DNA of 60,280 nt, filler included, from Globobulimina sp. (Eukaryota): assembly GCA_003354225.1 (NCBI GenBank). It is 11 parts of 11 records of this genome, joined end to end, with 100 filler letters (N's around TTAATTAATTAA, not from the genome) between each part and the next. Parts side by side here need not be neighbours in the genome. Positions count along the whole stretch, not along the records: positions 1 to 5,399 come from PIVH01000595.1; positions 5,500 to 10,898 come from PIVH01000596.1; positions 10,999 to 16,390 come from PIVH01000597.1; 8 more parts are not named here. One strand, 5' to 3'. The notes under the pieces were generated by a model. That model did no database searches. It saw nothing but the letters and a program-made list of their open reading frames with translations, and had not been told where the DNA came from. Positions within the stretch are counted from its first letter, which is position 1, and the number at the start of each line of letters is the position of its first letter. The translations under genes were made by a program, and so were the position numbers. Shown here piece after piece: positions 1 through 11,011 of the stretch.

Positions 1-74
1 CTAATATGCGTACCTCTTATCGGGAACACTACTGTACATAAATTGCATCTTTTATTACTTTCTTTTAACTGTTG

Positions 75-1846
75 TCATAACTGAAAATATCTTGAATTTG
101 TATTAATTAATTGCAAATTATACGGAAAGTCATTAGCAGTCACTTTTATATTTGGACCAGTCACATTCATCAATACTTTGATATTCGTTGCATTATAATC
201 AATATACGACAATTGATACAAATCATTGCCATCCACCTGAATAGTAATCGCATGCTGATCGCTATGGCCCCGACTCGAATTACTAAAATAAACCAAATAA
301 TACACATTCTCTTTAAATAACACATTCGCGTTACAACGGCTCACATTTAAGCCATGCGCCACCCCATACGACTCAAAATAGCAAAGAGACTGCAATTCAT
401 GAAACAGTGGATGCAATTTCTCATTCACCATATAATCATGAAACCAGCCAATCTTTGCTGCACTGAAACCCCTTAACTCTTTGCCCAGATTCCACCACAT
501 TATGCTCGTCGCGTCCACATTATCAGTTGCATTTGGAAGCAGACACTCTGAATGGCCCACCACATTTCCCTTTGCATTCCCCATCCAAAACCTATCCAGC
601 ATCTCCGCCGCAATGTTATGACCCCATCCCGCTGATATATTGCCTTCGTAGCCCTCCTCATCCAACACCACCGGCTTTCTCACATCAAAGTAGGATTGTC
701 ACCAAGAATTAGGAGTGCTCGAAAAACCTTGCAAACTGAAATGAGTGGTCCAAGCCTGACTGTAATTATACACAACTTTGCCGTTATGAATGGAATTTTC
801 TTTGTAATCAGTGCCATATGGGTCTTCCCTTTCAACTGTCTGGAAATACAAATCCCAAACAGGAAAAGTCATATTGGCCGTATTTCCTTCCGTTTGATTC
901 GGAAAGCCTTTCGTTTTACATTCCACATTTCCAAACTCATTTGGCCATCGAATACCACACATTTCTGAACGAAGCGACCCTCGCAATCAGATATTGCAAA
1001 TAAAATAGGTCATGGGAAGCGTTGTAATTATCGTAATCATGACGGCAGGCCTTGTAATTTGGATAGACGCAGCCCATACAATCGAACCCCCAATGTCCAT
1101 TATCGTACGGATGAAATAGGATTAAATCGGCAATAACTCCCATATCCAATAATGATTGCAAGCAATAATCCAAATGATTCCAAAAAGCCATGTTAAACAC
1201 ATCGAAGTTGCCCAGTCATTGGGTACGGTGCCAATGTATGGATAATACACCGGTTCGTCGTGAGTGTAGGAGTACCATTTTGGAAACACTGCCATTCGGA
1301 TTTTATTGAACAGGTTATTCGAAACTGCGTATTGCATGGTAGCAAGGGTGGAATTGTAGCTTTTCTCGTGAATCCAGGCGTAACTGGTCGTGCCTTTTTT
1401 TTTTCTTGTAATTAATATATGTAATTATATATTAAAAAAAAAGAATATGAGTCTTACCGGTTTGAAAGAATGGCGATGAGTCTTCCAAATATATGAATGA
1501 AATAATGTTGGATTTGTCGGCTACCACAGGTCCTTTGTTATTGCCCGTTGGTGCGGTTGCGCTCAAATTGCCTGTCATGCCATGCATCGATTTGACATTG
1601 CTTTTTGTGATATATTTGGATTGGCATGAATCTGATTTTATATTTGCCATTTCCATTATAAAATCCTCGCACATTCAATGTTTTCTCATTGTTTTCGTTT
1701 GTGAACTCTGCAAATATGAAATTATCCACAAATGGATTCCCATTGGATGGTCCGTCCACTTCTAATTCAAATTGACCCCAAATCTCCACTGATGTGACTG
1801 ACAACCAACAAAAAGAAACTAAACAAAGAAACGACGTCGACAGCAT
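75..1846 (-). pseudogene. Secreted DUF5060-DUF4038-DUF5605 type (apiosidase-like/putative glycoside hydrolase) protein, frame-disrupted
   Basis: Signal peptide from ATG 1846. Motifs WGQFELEVDGPSNGNPF, GFYNGNGKYKIRFMP, GTTSYAWIH, FNKIRMAVFPK, ADLILFHPYD, RVASFRNVWYSMA-NE, KPVVLDEEGYEG are in family order. GT-AG intron 1394-1457. Frame breaks near 1620, 1210 and 941, and an in-frame TGA at 699-701. Confidence 0.75.
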
Positions 1847-1913
1847 GTTAATATAAATTAAACAAAGTTTTATTTTCAGAAAAACCAGTATGTTTACTAC
1901 CCGCACCCAAGAC

Positions 1914-1950
1914 AAACTATAGAAAACCGTTTCTGGATTTGAAAAGCGTT
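1914..1950. repeat. 37-bp dispersed motif, copy 1 (copy 2 at 50000-50036; partial copy at 49955-49969)
   Basis: AAACTATAGAAAACCGTTTCTGGATTTGAAAAGCGTT vs AAACCATAGCAAGCAGTTTCTGGATTTGCAAAGCGTT, 32/37 identical, on different contigs. Confidence 0.7.
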
Positions 1951-2021
1951 TCTCAGATAATTAAATCAAATGTATACAACTTATCGACCAGGGGGTTTAT
2001 CTTTTAATTGGAATATATCGT

Positions 2022-2065
2022 TAAGTAAAGCAGTAAAGTTTACTAAGTAAAGCAGCAAGGTTTAC
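2022..2065. repeat. 22-bp tandem duplication
   Basis: TAAGTAAAGCAGTAAAGTTTAC followed by TAAGTAAAGCAGCAAGGTTTAC (2 mismatches). Confidence 0.8.
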
Positions 2066-2130
2066 ACATTGAAACATGTACAAATTAAAAATAATTAATC
2101 GTGTTATCAAACAAGTCATCTTACTCATAT

Positions 2131-3273
2131 TTATTTTTTAGGTTTCTGTGTTTGTGCTCGTTTCCTTTGATGTTTATCCTGTATTTGTTGATATTGTACA
2201 TCCTGATGGACGTCACCTTTCATAGTTTGATTTGCATTTTTATTGATATCCCTCAATTCTTTTTGATACTGCATTTGAAATTGGGTTGATTTGATACCAA
2301 ACAGCGCCCGAAACTGATTATTTTGCAACAACATCAATTGCATCATATATGACAATATGTTGGCAGACATATACAAATTGAAGCCAGCACTCCAAAAATG
2401 TGCAATTGGTATCATAGCACACGCCATTAAACCGAATCCAATTTTTATCATTCCCGGCGGTATGGCACCACCACCAATCATCATACTGTCACTATTCTGA
2501 TAACGCATTGCGTTCCAAAAAGAAAGAGCCATACAACAACCCACTCCGATGGGCAATAACCAGTATGGATCAGCAATGGATAGATTTACAAACCAATAAA
2601 TACCGCCGTACTTCCAATCCGGATACGATGAGTACATGGTTCGAATGGCCACATAAAAGGTCATATGCACCGGCAACTGGGCCAAACCTGTCAATAATGG
2701 GCGGAACTGTGCATATAACGGATTAAAGCCATATTTCGCTTTGATTTTATCCGTTAATAAATTGAATTTCTCCCTATCTCCTTTATATTTTGCGGCTGCT
2801 TTCCTATAATCTTTCATTGCGGTCGGTATTAATGTTAATATTTTGTCCTGTCGTTTTTGTGCAATTAGAGCTATAGGAATTGTAAAACAGAGTTTTGCTA
2901 AAAACGGGACCAGTATAATTGCTCCATAATACGGCATATAGTCATGCAACATATCAATGCCATTTTGAGCCATACTGATTGGCAATATCTTGCCTATCAT
3001 GAAATCATTGACTGTCAAAAAGTTATCTGTACTGTTGATTATATCAATGCTGTCTTCATCGATTGTTAGTCTTTTATAACGGTCTCGAAATGATAAGTCT
3101 CTTTGTTCTGGCTCGATTATGCGCTCTTTGGCGAATTTTAAAAAATCTGTTATTAAGTCCTGGTTTTGCATGTCTATGTTTGTACTGTTCAATCGTTTCA
3201 AATGTTGAATTGATGATAGCAGGTGGACACATTTGGTGTGTTGCTGTGATCTGTTGATGATGCGTGACATCAT
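2131..3273 (-). CDS. OXA1: Mitochondrial inner-membrane insertase, Oxa1/YidC family
   Basis: 380-aa ORF with presequence-like N-terminus. Motifs LHDYMPYYGAII, QLPVHMTFYVAIRTM, GGIYWFVNLSIADPYWLLP, SAGFNLYMSANIL. Basic C-terminal tail. Confidence 0.85.
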   Translation of the reverse strand: MMSRIINRSQQHTKCVHLLSSIQHLKRLNSTNIDMQNQDLITDFLKFAKERIIEPEQRDLSFRDRYKRLTIDEDSIDIINSTDNFLTVNDFMIGKILPISMAQNGIDMLHDYMPYYGAIILVPFLAKLCFTIPIALIAQKRQDKILTLIPTAMKDYRKAAAKYKGDREKFNLLTDKIKAKYGFNPLYAQFRPLLTGLAQLPVHMTFYVAIRTMYSSYPDWKYGGIYWFVNLSIADPYWLLPIGVGCCMALSFWNAMRYQNSDSMMIGGGAIPPGMIKIGFGLMACAMIPIAHFWSAGFNLYMSANILSYMMQLMLLQNNQFRALFGIKSTQFQMQYQKELRDINKNANQTMKGDVHQDVQYQQIQDKHQRKRAQTQKPKK

Positions 3274-3419
3274 GCTTTCGAATTGATGTTAGAAGTTTCC
3301 TGAAGATTCTGCTACAAAAAATATTATATTTAAAGCAAACTAATCAAAATTCATATTTAAAGCATACAACAAAATATAAATAAACCTAAAATATGAAAGA
3401 AAAACAAGACTTCAATTCA

Positions 3420-5140
3420 TCACACAATATCAACAGAGCCTTTATTGGAAGAAGTTTGGCTTAAATTCGCAGTTGAATCCAATGAAGATCTTTTAGGTTT
3501 TCGTTTTTGTAAAAGTTGTGTTTCTGTTGTAGCGCTCATCACTCTTTGAAGGCATGGTGCTTTATCCCAATTTATCATATCATTCACTGTATCTTTATTG
3601 TTATTTGTTATCTTCGTACTTAATGTTGCCAACATATTTGGAACACCATCCATTGATTCTGACATTTTAATATGTGCATGAATTGGATTATTATCTTCGG
3701 CCGTTGCAGATAATAACAATGGTGTTGTTAAAAAATCTTTCTTTTCGCCGCTGGTGCTCATCTTTGAGGTGCCTAAAATACATATATTTCACACATGTTT
3801 TTTTTTGTATATTGTCAATATATACAAACATATGTTACAGATAACATATGTTTGAAGAGTCAAATTACAAAAACATTTGAGAAACATATTTCATAATTAT
3901 TTCTCAAATGTGTGTGTAAAATAAGTAGATCGAAATATGTGATGAAATTTGTGACCTAATCCATTGCTAAATAATTGCTGTTCTTTTTGCATTTTATCTC
4001 TCATTTTATAAAATTTATCTAAGCCCTCCATTTTAATCTGTTCATTTGCAGATTCATGCAGCCTTTTTGCGCGAAATGTAAGTATCCCAAATACAAATAT
4101 TAAGATCCAATTTACTAAAAATAGCATCATTGAAATATATCCAATTCTCCACCATGTTTGAACCACTACATTGTCATATTTCGGATTTATAAAATATACA
4201 AAAGCTGATGCTAAACAAACACCGCTATTCACAATTGGTGGTAATAATGCCGCGGATATTGCCACACCAATCAGTGCCGATACTTGGTCCGATGACACGC
4301 CTAAAGCTACGCCAATGCCTGATGGCGCTGCTATGCCTATATACAACCAACAAACAACAACATAATCATAAGTAACATAAATATCAGCAAATAGTTACCA
4401 GCTCCCCAGGCCAACGCTATCCATTGACCACGCGATGAAATTTGCGTATTTGTACCAAATGCTAGCTGCTCACCCCTTGGCATGTCCATAATTGGTGCAG
4501 TGATGAAGCCCAATATGGCGCCAGTTAGAAAACACACGCCAACGCCAATTAATTCGTTACGGAATGATTTCCATAACATAACTTTATCTTTGATTATCGC
4601 TCCAAATGTCATACCAACAATGGGACCCATTAATGGTGAGACTAACATAGAGGCAACCACTGCCACGGCAGAATTTGTTAGCAATCCAATGGCGGCGATG
4701 CATCCTCCAATAAATAGCAATGCTAAATAATCAAATGTCAAATGCAATTGTCCGTCAATTGTATCATATACTTCGTCATATGCCAAGCGATCAGATATTT
4801 TATATTTTCTTTTTTTTTTAATTTTTGAATAGCTTTCATCCAAACTTACTTCTTTTAGGGTGGCAACCCGCGGTTTTGTCGACGTTAAGGCAGAGATATT
4901 GAAATGACCAAAATTGGATGCTACTCCGTACATTGTTAATAGTTCTATGAGTTCATGTGTTTTTTTGTTGACCACCATAAAGGAAAATAAAACTGATTCA
5001 ATTTGTGATCCATTATGTAATTCGGAGGTTGTTATGCATTTTCGATATGATAAATGATGGACACTACGATTCATCATCAATACATCACGAATCTCATTTG
5101 AATGTTTTGATGGAACTATGACTTCCAGTTTACGTACCAT
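3420..5140 (-). CDS. DUF389 (TIGR00341-like) multi-pass membrane protein, 3 exons
   Basis: Motifs IAAIGLLTNSAVAVVASMLVSPLMGPI and LIGVAISAALLPP. Introns 4337-4398 and 3773-3955 join the three ORFs in frame. Confidence 0.85.
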
Positions 5141-5399
5141 TACAGTTGTCAAGTTTTAAAGGCTGAGATCCGAAACTTCAAATTTTGTTTTTGAGTAAAA
5201 ACTAGCTCCCTCATTATTTTAATATACAACAAACTTAAAAAAACGATATTTGGGAAGGAACCATTTAATAAAACAGTTACAAGCAAATCGATTGTTAGAT
5301 GATGAAGATACTAATTGTGAGGTTATGAATGAATGCTTACAAGAATTAATGCCACTCTTTGGAATCAAATCTATTCTTAATTTGATAATATCGAATGCA

Positions 5400-5499
5400 N
5401 NNNNNNNNNNNNNNNNNNNNNNNNNNNNNNNNNNNNNNNNNNNTTAATTAATTAANNNNNNNNNNNNNNNNNNNNNNNNNNNNNNNNNNNNNNNNNNNN
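5400..5499. other. Artificial contig-joining spacer (N44-TTAATTAATTAA-N44); also at 10899-10998, 16391-16490, 21882-21981, 27373-27472, 32861-32960, 38348-38447, 43833-43932, 49317-49416, 54799-54898
   Basis: Identical 100-bp spacer with stop codons in all six frames, ten times. Intervening contig lengths fall monotonically from 5399 to 5382 bp. Confidence 0.98.
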
Positions 5500-7058
5500 T
5501 TGTTTTTCCCATGTAAATTGATATTGTGGTTTAATAAAACAAAACATATGCAACGCCATCAAAATAAACCCAAACAATGAGGGCAAATATGCCCAATAAA
5601 CTGCATACGGTGCATTGTTAATATATTTCACAGATTCACTCCATATAAACCCGGTAGTGACGGGACCAATCGCTCTCACTAAAGACGCACAGCTTTGTGC
5701 CAACCCATTTGCTTTACCGCAATGATTTGGTGGCACCGAATTATTTATAAAACACATGGAAATAACAAACAATATCGATGCAAATATAACCATTAATGTT
5801 TCACAGGCAAATGCACCAATTAATGCAACCCACGATTTGTTTAATAAATGGACTCTTGTCGTCCAATAGATAGACGGCATCAATATTATAGTAATTGCGA
5901 GCATGATGGAATTGAAAACGCCCATATTTCGGTGTTGAAAATGCTTTAAAAAATAGGGTTGAAAACAGAACGTAAATATTAACAAACTCGCACCGGACCA
6001 TGCTTGCGCATACCCAATGAATTGAGAATTGAATAACAATGCTTGCGCCATATAAACTGGATTCATTTCACGAAACATCATCACGCAAATTGCAATAATA
6101 ACATAGCATAAAAGTGTCTGAATTAAATCAGTTTGTCTCAGTAATTCCGACAACGAATTTATTTCTTTTTCGCTTGAATCATTATTAAATAACAGTGGCT
6201 TTCTTTGCTTATCATTTTCTGTCTCTGTCATAAAACCGCCAGTCAATATTGGTAACGACCAAGAATTATTCGTTTGATAAATACTCACTGCATTGTCAAA
6301 CATAGCAATATCGGACTTTGCAGTGATTGGATGAATGTCTGTCATAGATATTAAGTCAGAATCTAAATCATTATCTTTCTGATTTGCATAACCCATTGAA
6401 TCTTCTATATTTGCTAATTGTGTTAATCTGGCAGTTCTTGCTTGGTTCTCATTTTTAACCTGATATAATGTCCAAAATACTGCATTTCCTGATATTACTG
6501 CACCGGTTAAACACGGTAAAAGAAACGGAAAATCACTACCAAATATCCAAAATTTTAATATTCCAACAGTTGGTCTGTATTCATCATCGGGCAGATCCAC
6601 GTTATGTGTTTCAATCAGCAAACCACCCATCATCGAACCAAGAACATTTCCAAAACCAAACGAGATTGCAATGATCGAAAACGCAAAGCTACGGTTTGTC
6701 GAGTCTGTAATATCAGAGAGCCACGCTTTTATTACACCCAAATTGCCATTAAATAGACCACAAAGACATCTTGCTAGCATTGCATGAAAATATGACTTTG
6801 CAAATCCAAATACTACCACTCCAATTGTTGAGAAAAATAATCCTAACACTAAAGCTAAACGACGTCCATATTTATCTGAAAATGAACCTGTTTTTGGTTA
6901 ATTTTGTTTTTATTTATACACCGAAACCGAAATAGAAAATTGTTTACCCCAGAAATATGAAACCAGAAACTGGCAAAACATAAATGATGCGTTTAGTAAT
7001 GATGTATAAACTCCCAACATGTTTGTTTTTATGTATATATTTTTGCGGACATAGTCCT
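5500..7058 (-). CDS. MFS transporter (ZIFL/MFSD-like drug:H+ antiporter type), truncated at both ends; 5' part interrupted by the YR element
   Basis: FWG|SFSDKYGRR (MFS motif A across intron 6888-6947), ARCLCGLFNGNLGVIK, GKANGLAQS..SLVRAIGP. The upstream exon (IEDYVRKNIYIKTNMLGVY) lacks TM1 and abuts the element end. Confidence 0.85.
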
Positions 7059-7378
7059 CGATTGGCTACAACTACTAAATCAGATTGTGGAGTGGTTTTT
7101 GTCAAGCAATCAATAGAGTGGCTAAGCTGAAGCTGGACGCCTCCAGAGGTGAGCCAATCAATTGCTTGATGTTAAACAACAATATCGATAATTAATTATG
7201 GGATATAATCAATTGGTTGATATGTCTCAACAATCAATATAACCTAACTACCACTCGTCATAGCCAATCGTCCTAGACATGAATTATTCATGGTGTTAAT
7301 CATTTCAATTATTAATTCAATGTTAAATATAAATCACATTGATGTTTATAATTTATGTCTGAATACAAGGATATTTAT

Positions 7379-8482
7379 TCAAATTCTTTTTATTCTTTTC
7401 CTTTTCTTTGATAATGATTTCGGAGTTGTTTTCATGAGCTTTTTGGATAGTCGTTGGAGCCGATTATTCCTCATCTTAATATTTAGTTTTCTTTTCTTCA
7501 CAATTTTGTTGAATGCTTTGGTGGTGAATGTTTTGACTGTGTTGAAGCCTGATTGTTTGGCCACCATTTCGTGTAGGTGTTGCGGTTCCATTTTCATCTC
7601 ATAATACAACATTGTTGTGTTTGATTTCCACCCTGCCATTTTTTGTCTGGCAGTTGCACAAATTCCTATTTTTTTCATGTCATAATTACCTCCTCCTCGT
7701 GTTCCGTGCAATTTATGCTCAGCGGTGTCCAGTCCTTGATCTTCACAGATTATTTTGAATCTCGCTTTCAGTTTTTGATATGTTAAGACTGATCTGTCTT
7801 TTAACATCAACAAATTGTCCGTATCATTCCATTCTTTGGGTCTGAATTTATATAAACGGATAATTTCGCATAGAGCACATACTAAATTGTGTTTGCACCA
7901 ATGGAATAATGGGGCGGATTGTATGTTTCCGGCCTGATTTTTCTTTGAAAACGAGAACATGAAAATGGCGCTTTGATCGCTAGGCATCGGTGTTGACGTA
8001 CCGTTTTCGAAAACGATATTTTGCACTTGAATTTTGGTGAAGTTTTTTCTGATGAGTTCGTCACTCCTTCTGATGGTATTGTGTAGCATGGATATTCCTA
8101 CTCGATATATTTGGTTATTATATATCTTGTTGTTTAGGATTGGTGCTTTGAACCATGCCTTTATCATTTCGGAAGTGATTATTCTGGATCCGAGTCCTGG
8201 CGGTAATTCCACTTTCCTTCCGTCAAGCATGGCGTGAAATCTAGGCATTGCCTTCCTGTCTACTCTGATGACTGTGTCCAAGGTGGATAGGAATAGGTCT
8301 CTTATTCCATAGCATTCGGTTCGGATTGTTCCGGATTGTACTCCGTGTACTTTGAATCTATAGGCGCCATATAGGCATAATTTGTCTTGTGTTGCTATAG
8401 TTGGGCAATATCCGTATATTTTGTTCCATAGCATCCAGTGTTTCTGTGATAGGTTCCATGCGATGATTGTTCCTGCGGACAA
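7379..8482 (-). CDS. Tyrosine recombinase of the YR retrotransposon (frame open upstream to 8695, with no ATG in that stretch)
   Basis: Catalytic set R-K-HxxR-W-Y: HNTIRRSDEL, SKKNQ, HKLHGTRGGG, AGWKSNTTMLYY. Confidence 0.9.
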   Translation of the reverse strand: MSAGTIIAWNLSQKHWMLWNKIYGYCPTIATQDKLCLYGAYRFKVHGVQSGTIRTECYGIRDLFLSTLDTVIRVDRKAMPRFHAMLDGRKVELPPGLGSRIITSEMIKAWFKAPILNNKIYNNQIYRVGISMLHNTIRRSDELIRKNFTKIQVQNIVFENGTSTPMPSDQSAIFMFSFSKKNQAGNIQSAPLFHWCKHNLVCALCEIIRLYKFRPKEWNDTDNLLMLKDRSVLTYQKLKARFKIICEDQGLDTAEHKLHGTRGGGNYDMKKIGICATARQKMAGWKSNTTMLYYEMKMEPQHLHEMVAKQSGFNTVKTFTTKAFNKIVKKRKLNIKMRNNRLQRLSKKLMKTTPKSLSKKRKRIKRI

Positions 8483-8695
8483 TCTGTTGTGTATGAGGAA
8501 ATCACAATATTCTCCGAGCTCTGTTGTGTCGATCTTTGGCCATTGTAATTTACGTTTGTCGACTCTGTTAGACTTTGTTGTCTGTGTGTGGTGTTGTTTG
8601 TGTTTTTTAAGGTGTGCTGAGTTTTTTGGTTTTTGTAAGTATAAAAGAAAAACTGTTTTTAAGGCAAAATCATGGTTGCTTGCGCTGTCCTTTAT

Positions 8696-10669
8696 TTATT
8701 TTAATACAATGGGTTTTATGTATTGTGAATGCTTGCAAATGAATTCGCTGGCACATTTGCAGACGTATATCCATTTGGATTTGTCTCTGTTCTTGAAATC
8801 ATATACTGGTTTATAGTCCAATTGGTATTGGAATTTGGTTAATAGCTTGTCAATTGTGTTGCGGGCATTGGTTCTTTTTCTGTGCAATTTCATGGCCCTG
8901 TTTATTTGTTTTGGCATAGTGCCTCTGGATAATTTATCGGCGATTATGTTTTTCTTACCTTCGATGTGTTCAAGATAGAATTTGAAACCTGCTTTCCATG
9001 CTACCTGTACCAATACTTTAACCAATTCTGTTAAGTCTGGTCTCTGTAGACATGCACATTTTTTTACACATATCATGCATGCTGGCAAGTTGTCGCAGTA
9101 GAATAATATTTTTTTATTCTGGAATTGGTTTTGGTATAGCTCTGCTGCTGTGACTACACCCAATAGCTCTAAGAAGGTGATGTCTGGCAGTTTTCTCCAT
9201 GTTTGGAAGATTGGGTAATTGGACCAATTGTCACCGAAGTATCTACCATTATTCTTGTGTATGTAGCCTCCGACTCCAATGGAGGTGGAAGCATCTGTAT
9301 ATACCGTCATATCGCATGCTTCTTTTGTGCATGTTATCCATTCGAATGGCATTCTGTTCATCTCTGGGTTGAATATTATGTTTTTTATCATTTTGGTGTC
9401 TTTTATAGCTTGTTTCGTCGGGAATACATGGCTCAATTTTGTTGTCCATTTGTTATTGATCATTCTTCCTGGGACATTGGCCATGGCTTCAAGGGATCTT
9501 AGATATGGGATTAATATTGGCATCACCATTTGGATGCTTCTCATTTGTCCAATGACTGTTTGGAGGAACTTGAGTCGAATTGATTTGTTTTCGAGTATTA
9601 GTTGTGTCAGGTACATGATGGATTGCTGGTATTTGTGCAATCTCTTTTCTGTGACAGCTAATAATGCCAGTACTAAGTTGAAGATGAAGCCCAAGACTTC
9701 CAGTATTTTATTTGGGTGTGTGACTTTCTTGGGTTGTGTGGGAACACCCAATCCATCCCACCACCACATCAGGTGATCCATTTGGCGATGTGCGACCTCA
9801 ATGTTGTCGCTTGGGGTGCCTCCGATGAAGTCGTCGACATAATGCATTAGCAGATCTTGTTGTTTGTTATTCGCTTTTGTTTTGAATATAGATGGATAAT
9901 TATTTATAACTATCCAGTTGATCATGTCTGCGAATTCTGTGTATATTTTGGAGGAGCTGGCCATGCCCATTACTAATGTGTTGAAGAAGAAGCGCAGTCC
10001 GCATATTTTTATTCCAATCAGATGATGGAATTTTTTGGCAATCGGAACTGAATAGAAGGCCATCCATGCATCTACGGACCATAGCCATTTGATCTTGCAT
10101 GTTATTATCCATTGGATTATTTCTTTGATTACTATGTATTCGACTCTTTTATCTTCGTCGGGGACATTTTGGTTGAATGATCTGCCTTTTTCTTTGAAGG
10201 ATAGATTGACCAATAACCTATGTTTGCCTTCTTCCTTTTTGTAGAAGATTGGCCATTATTGTGGCGTTTGTCCGGGAAACTGTTTTTGGACTTCTTCGTC
10301 GTTTTTGAACGGGCCTAAAAACCTCTTGTGTTTTAGTAGCTTGAGTACTTTGTTGAGCCATGCTTCGATTTCAGCGATGGAGGCTTTATAGTTTTGCTCT
10401 GTTCCATCGCAAACAATTTCGTTTTTTGTGACTGGCCATCCGAGGGTATTATATTCAATCACTTGGTCAACTCGTTGTGGGTCAGGATGGTATTTTAGTC
10501 CATATCTCCACCAAATTTGACCGTTGAACCAATCAACTCTTTGTGTATTCGGAGTTATTCTGTTTAGTTCTTGCAGTATTGATTTTATGCGTTTGTGGTT
10601 AAGCACGGCTGAGCTGTCGTCTTGATATTTTTTATCTTGGACGAAATGTTTTGAGTTTACTGCGGGCAT
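8696..10669 (-). CDS. Reverse transcriptase-RNase H of the YR retrotransposon, with one in-frame TAA at 10256-10258
   Basis: RFLGPF...PQ*WPIFYKKEEGKHRLLVNLS...SFN, VDAWMAFYSVPI, LVMGMASSS, YVDDF, LEVLGF. RNase H motifs YTDAS, LELLGV, YCDN, NIIADKLSR. ORFs 10256-10669 and 8696-10213 share a frame. Confidence 0.9.
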
Positions 10670-11011
10670 AGCTGAGTTATGTCCGTTCTCTGTTTATTTT
10701 GAGATCTGAGTGCAAGGATTGGTTATTTTGTATGCGTATGATTTATAACTGCGATAAAAAATTAATTATTGTATAATAATAGGAATTATGTATAAAACGC
10801 ACATATTTATATAGCTTAGTCAAGTGTGTGCCGATTATGACACTTTCTTTCTTTTCTTTTTCCTTTTTATGTCGACCATGTATTGCTCCTTTCCTTCCNN
10901 NNNNNNNNNNNNNNNNNNNNNNNNNNNNNNNNNNNNNNNNNNTTAATTAATTAANNNNNNNNNNNNNNNNNNNNNNNNNNNNNNNNNNNNNNNNNNNNCG
11001 ACCTATATAAA

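Larger units (their letters stand above)
7059..10898 (-). mobile_element. Tyrosine-recombinase retrotransposon (DIRS/Ngaro-like), 5' part beyond contig end
   Basis: RT, RNase H and tyrosine recombinase in tandem; no integrase or protease. 3' terminus 7059-7068 is complementary to internal 7261-7270. Confidence 0.9.

Noticed and set aside
5250-5399. Short ORF at the end of contig 1
   Set aside because: Too short, non-ATG start, no recognisable motif.
699-10258. Alternative genetic code or selenocysteine suggested by in-frame TGA/TAA
   Set aside because: Conserved host genes end at TAA (OXA1, SRPRA), TGA (RUVBL1) and TAG (MGST3) and have no internal stops; the TGA-containing gene also has frameshifts.
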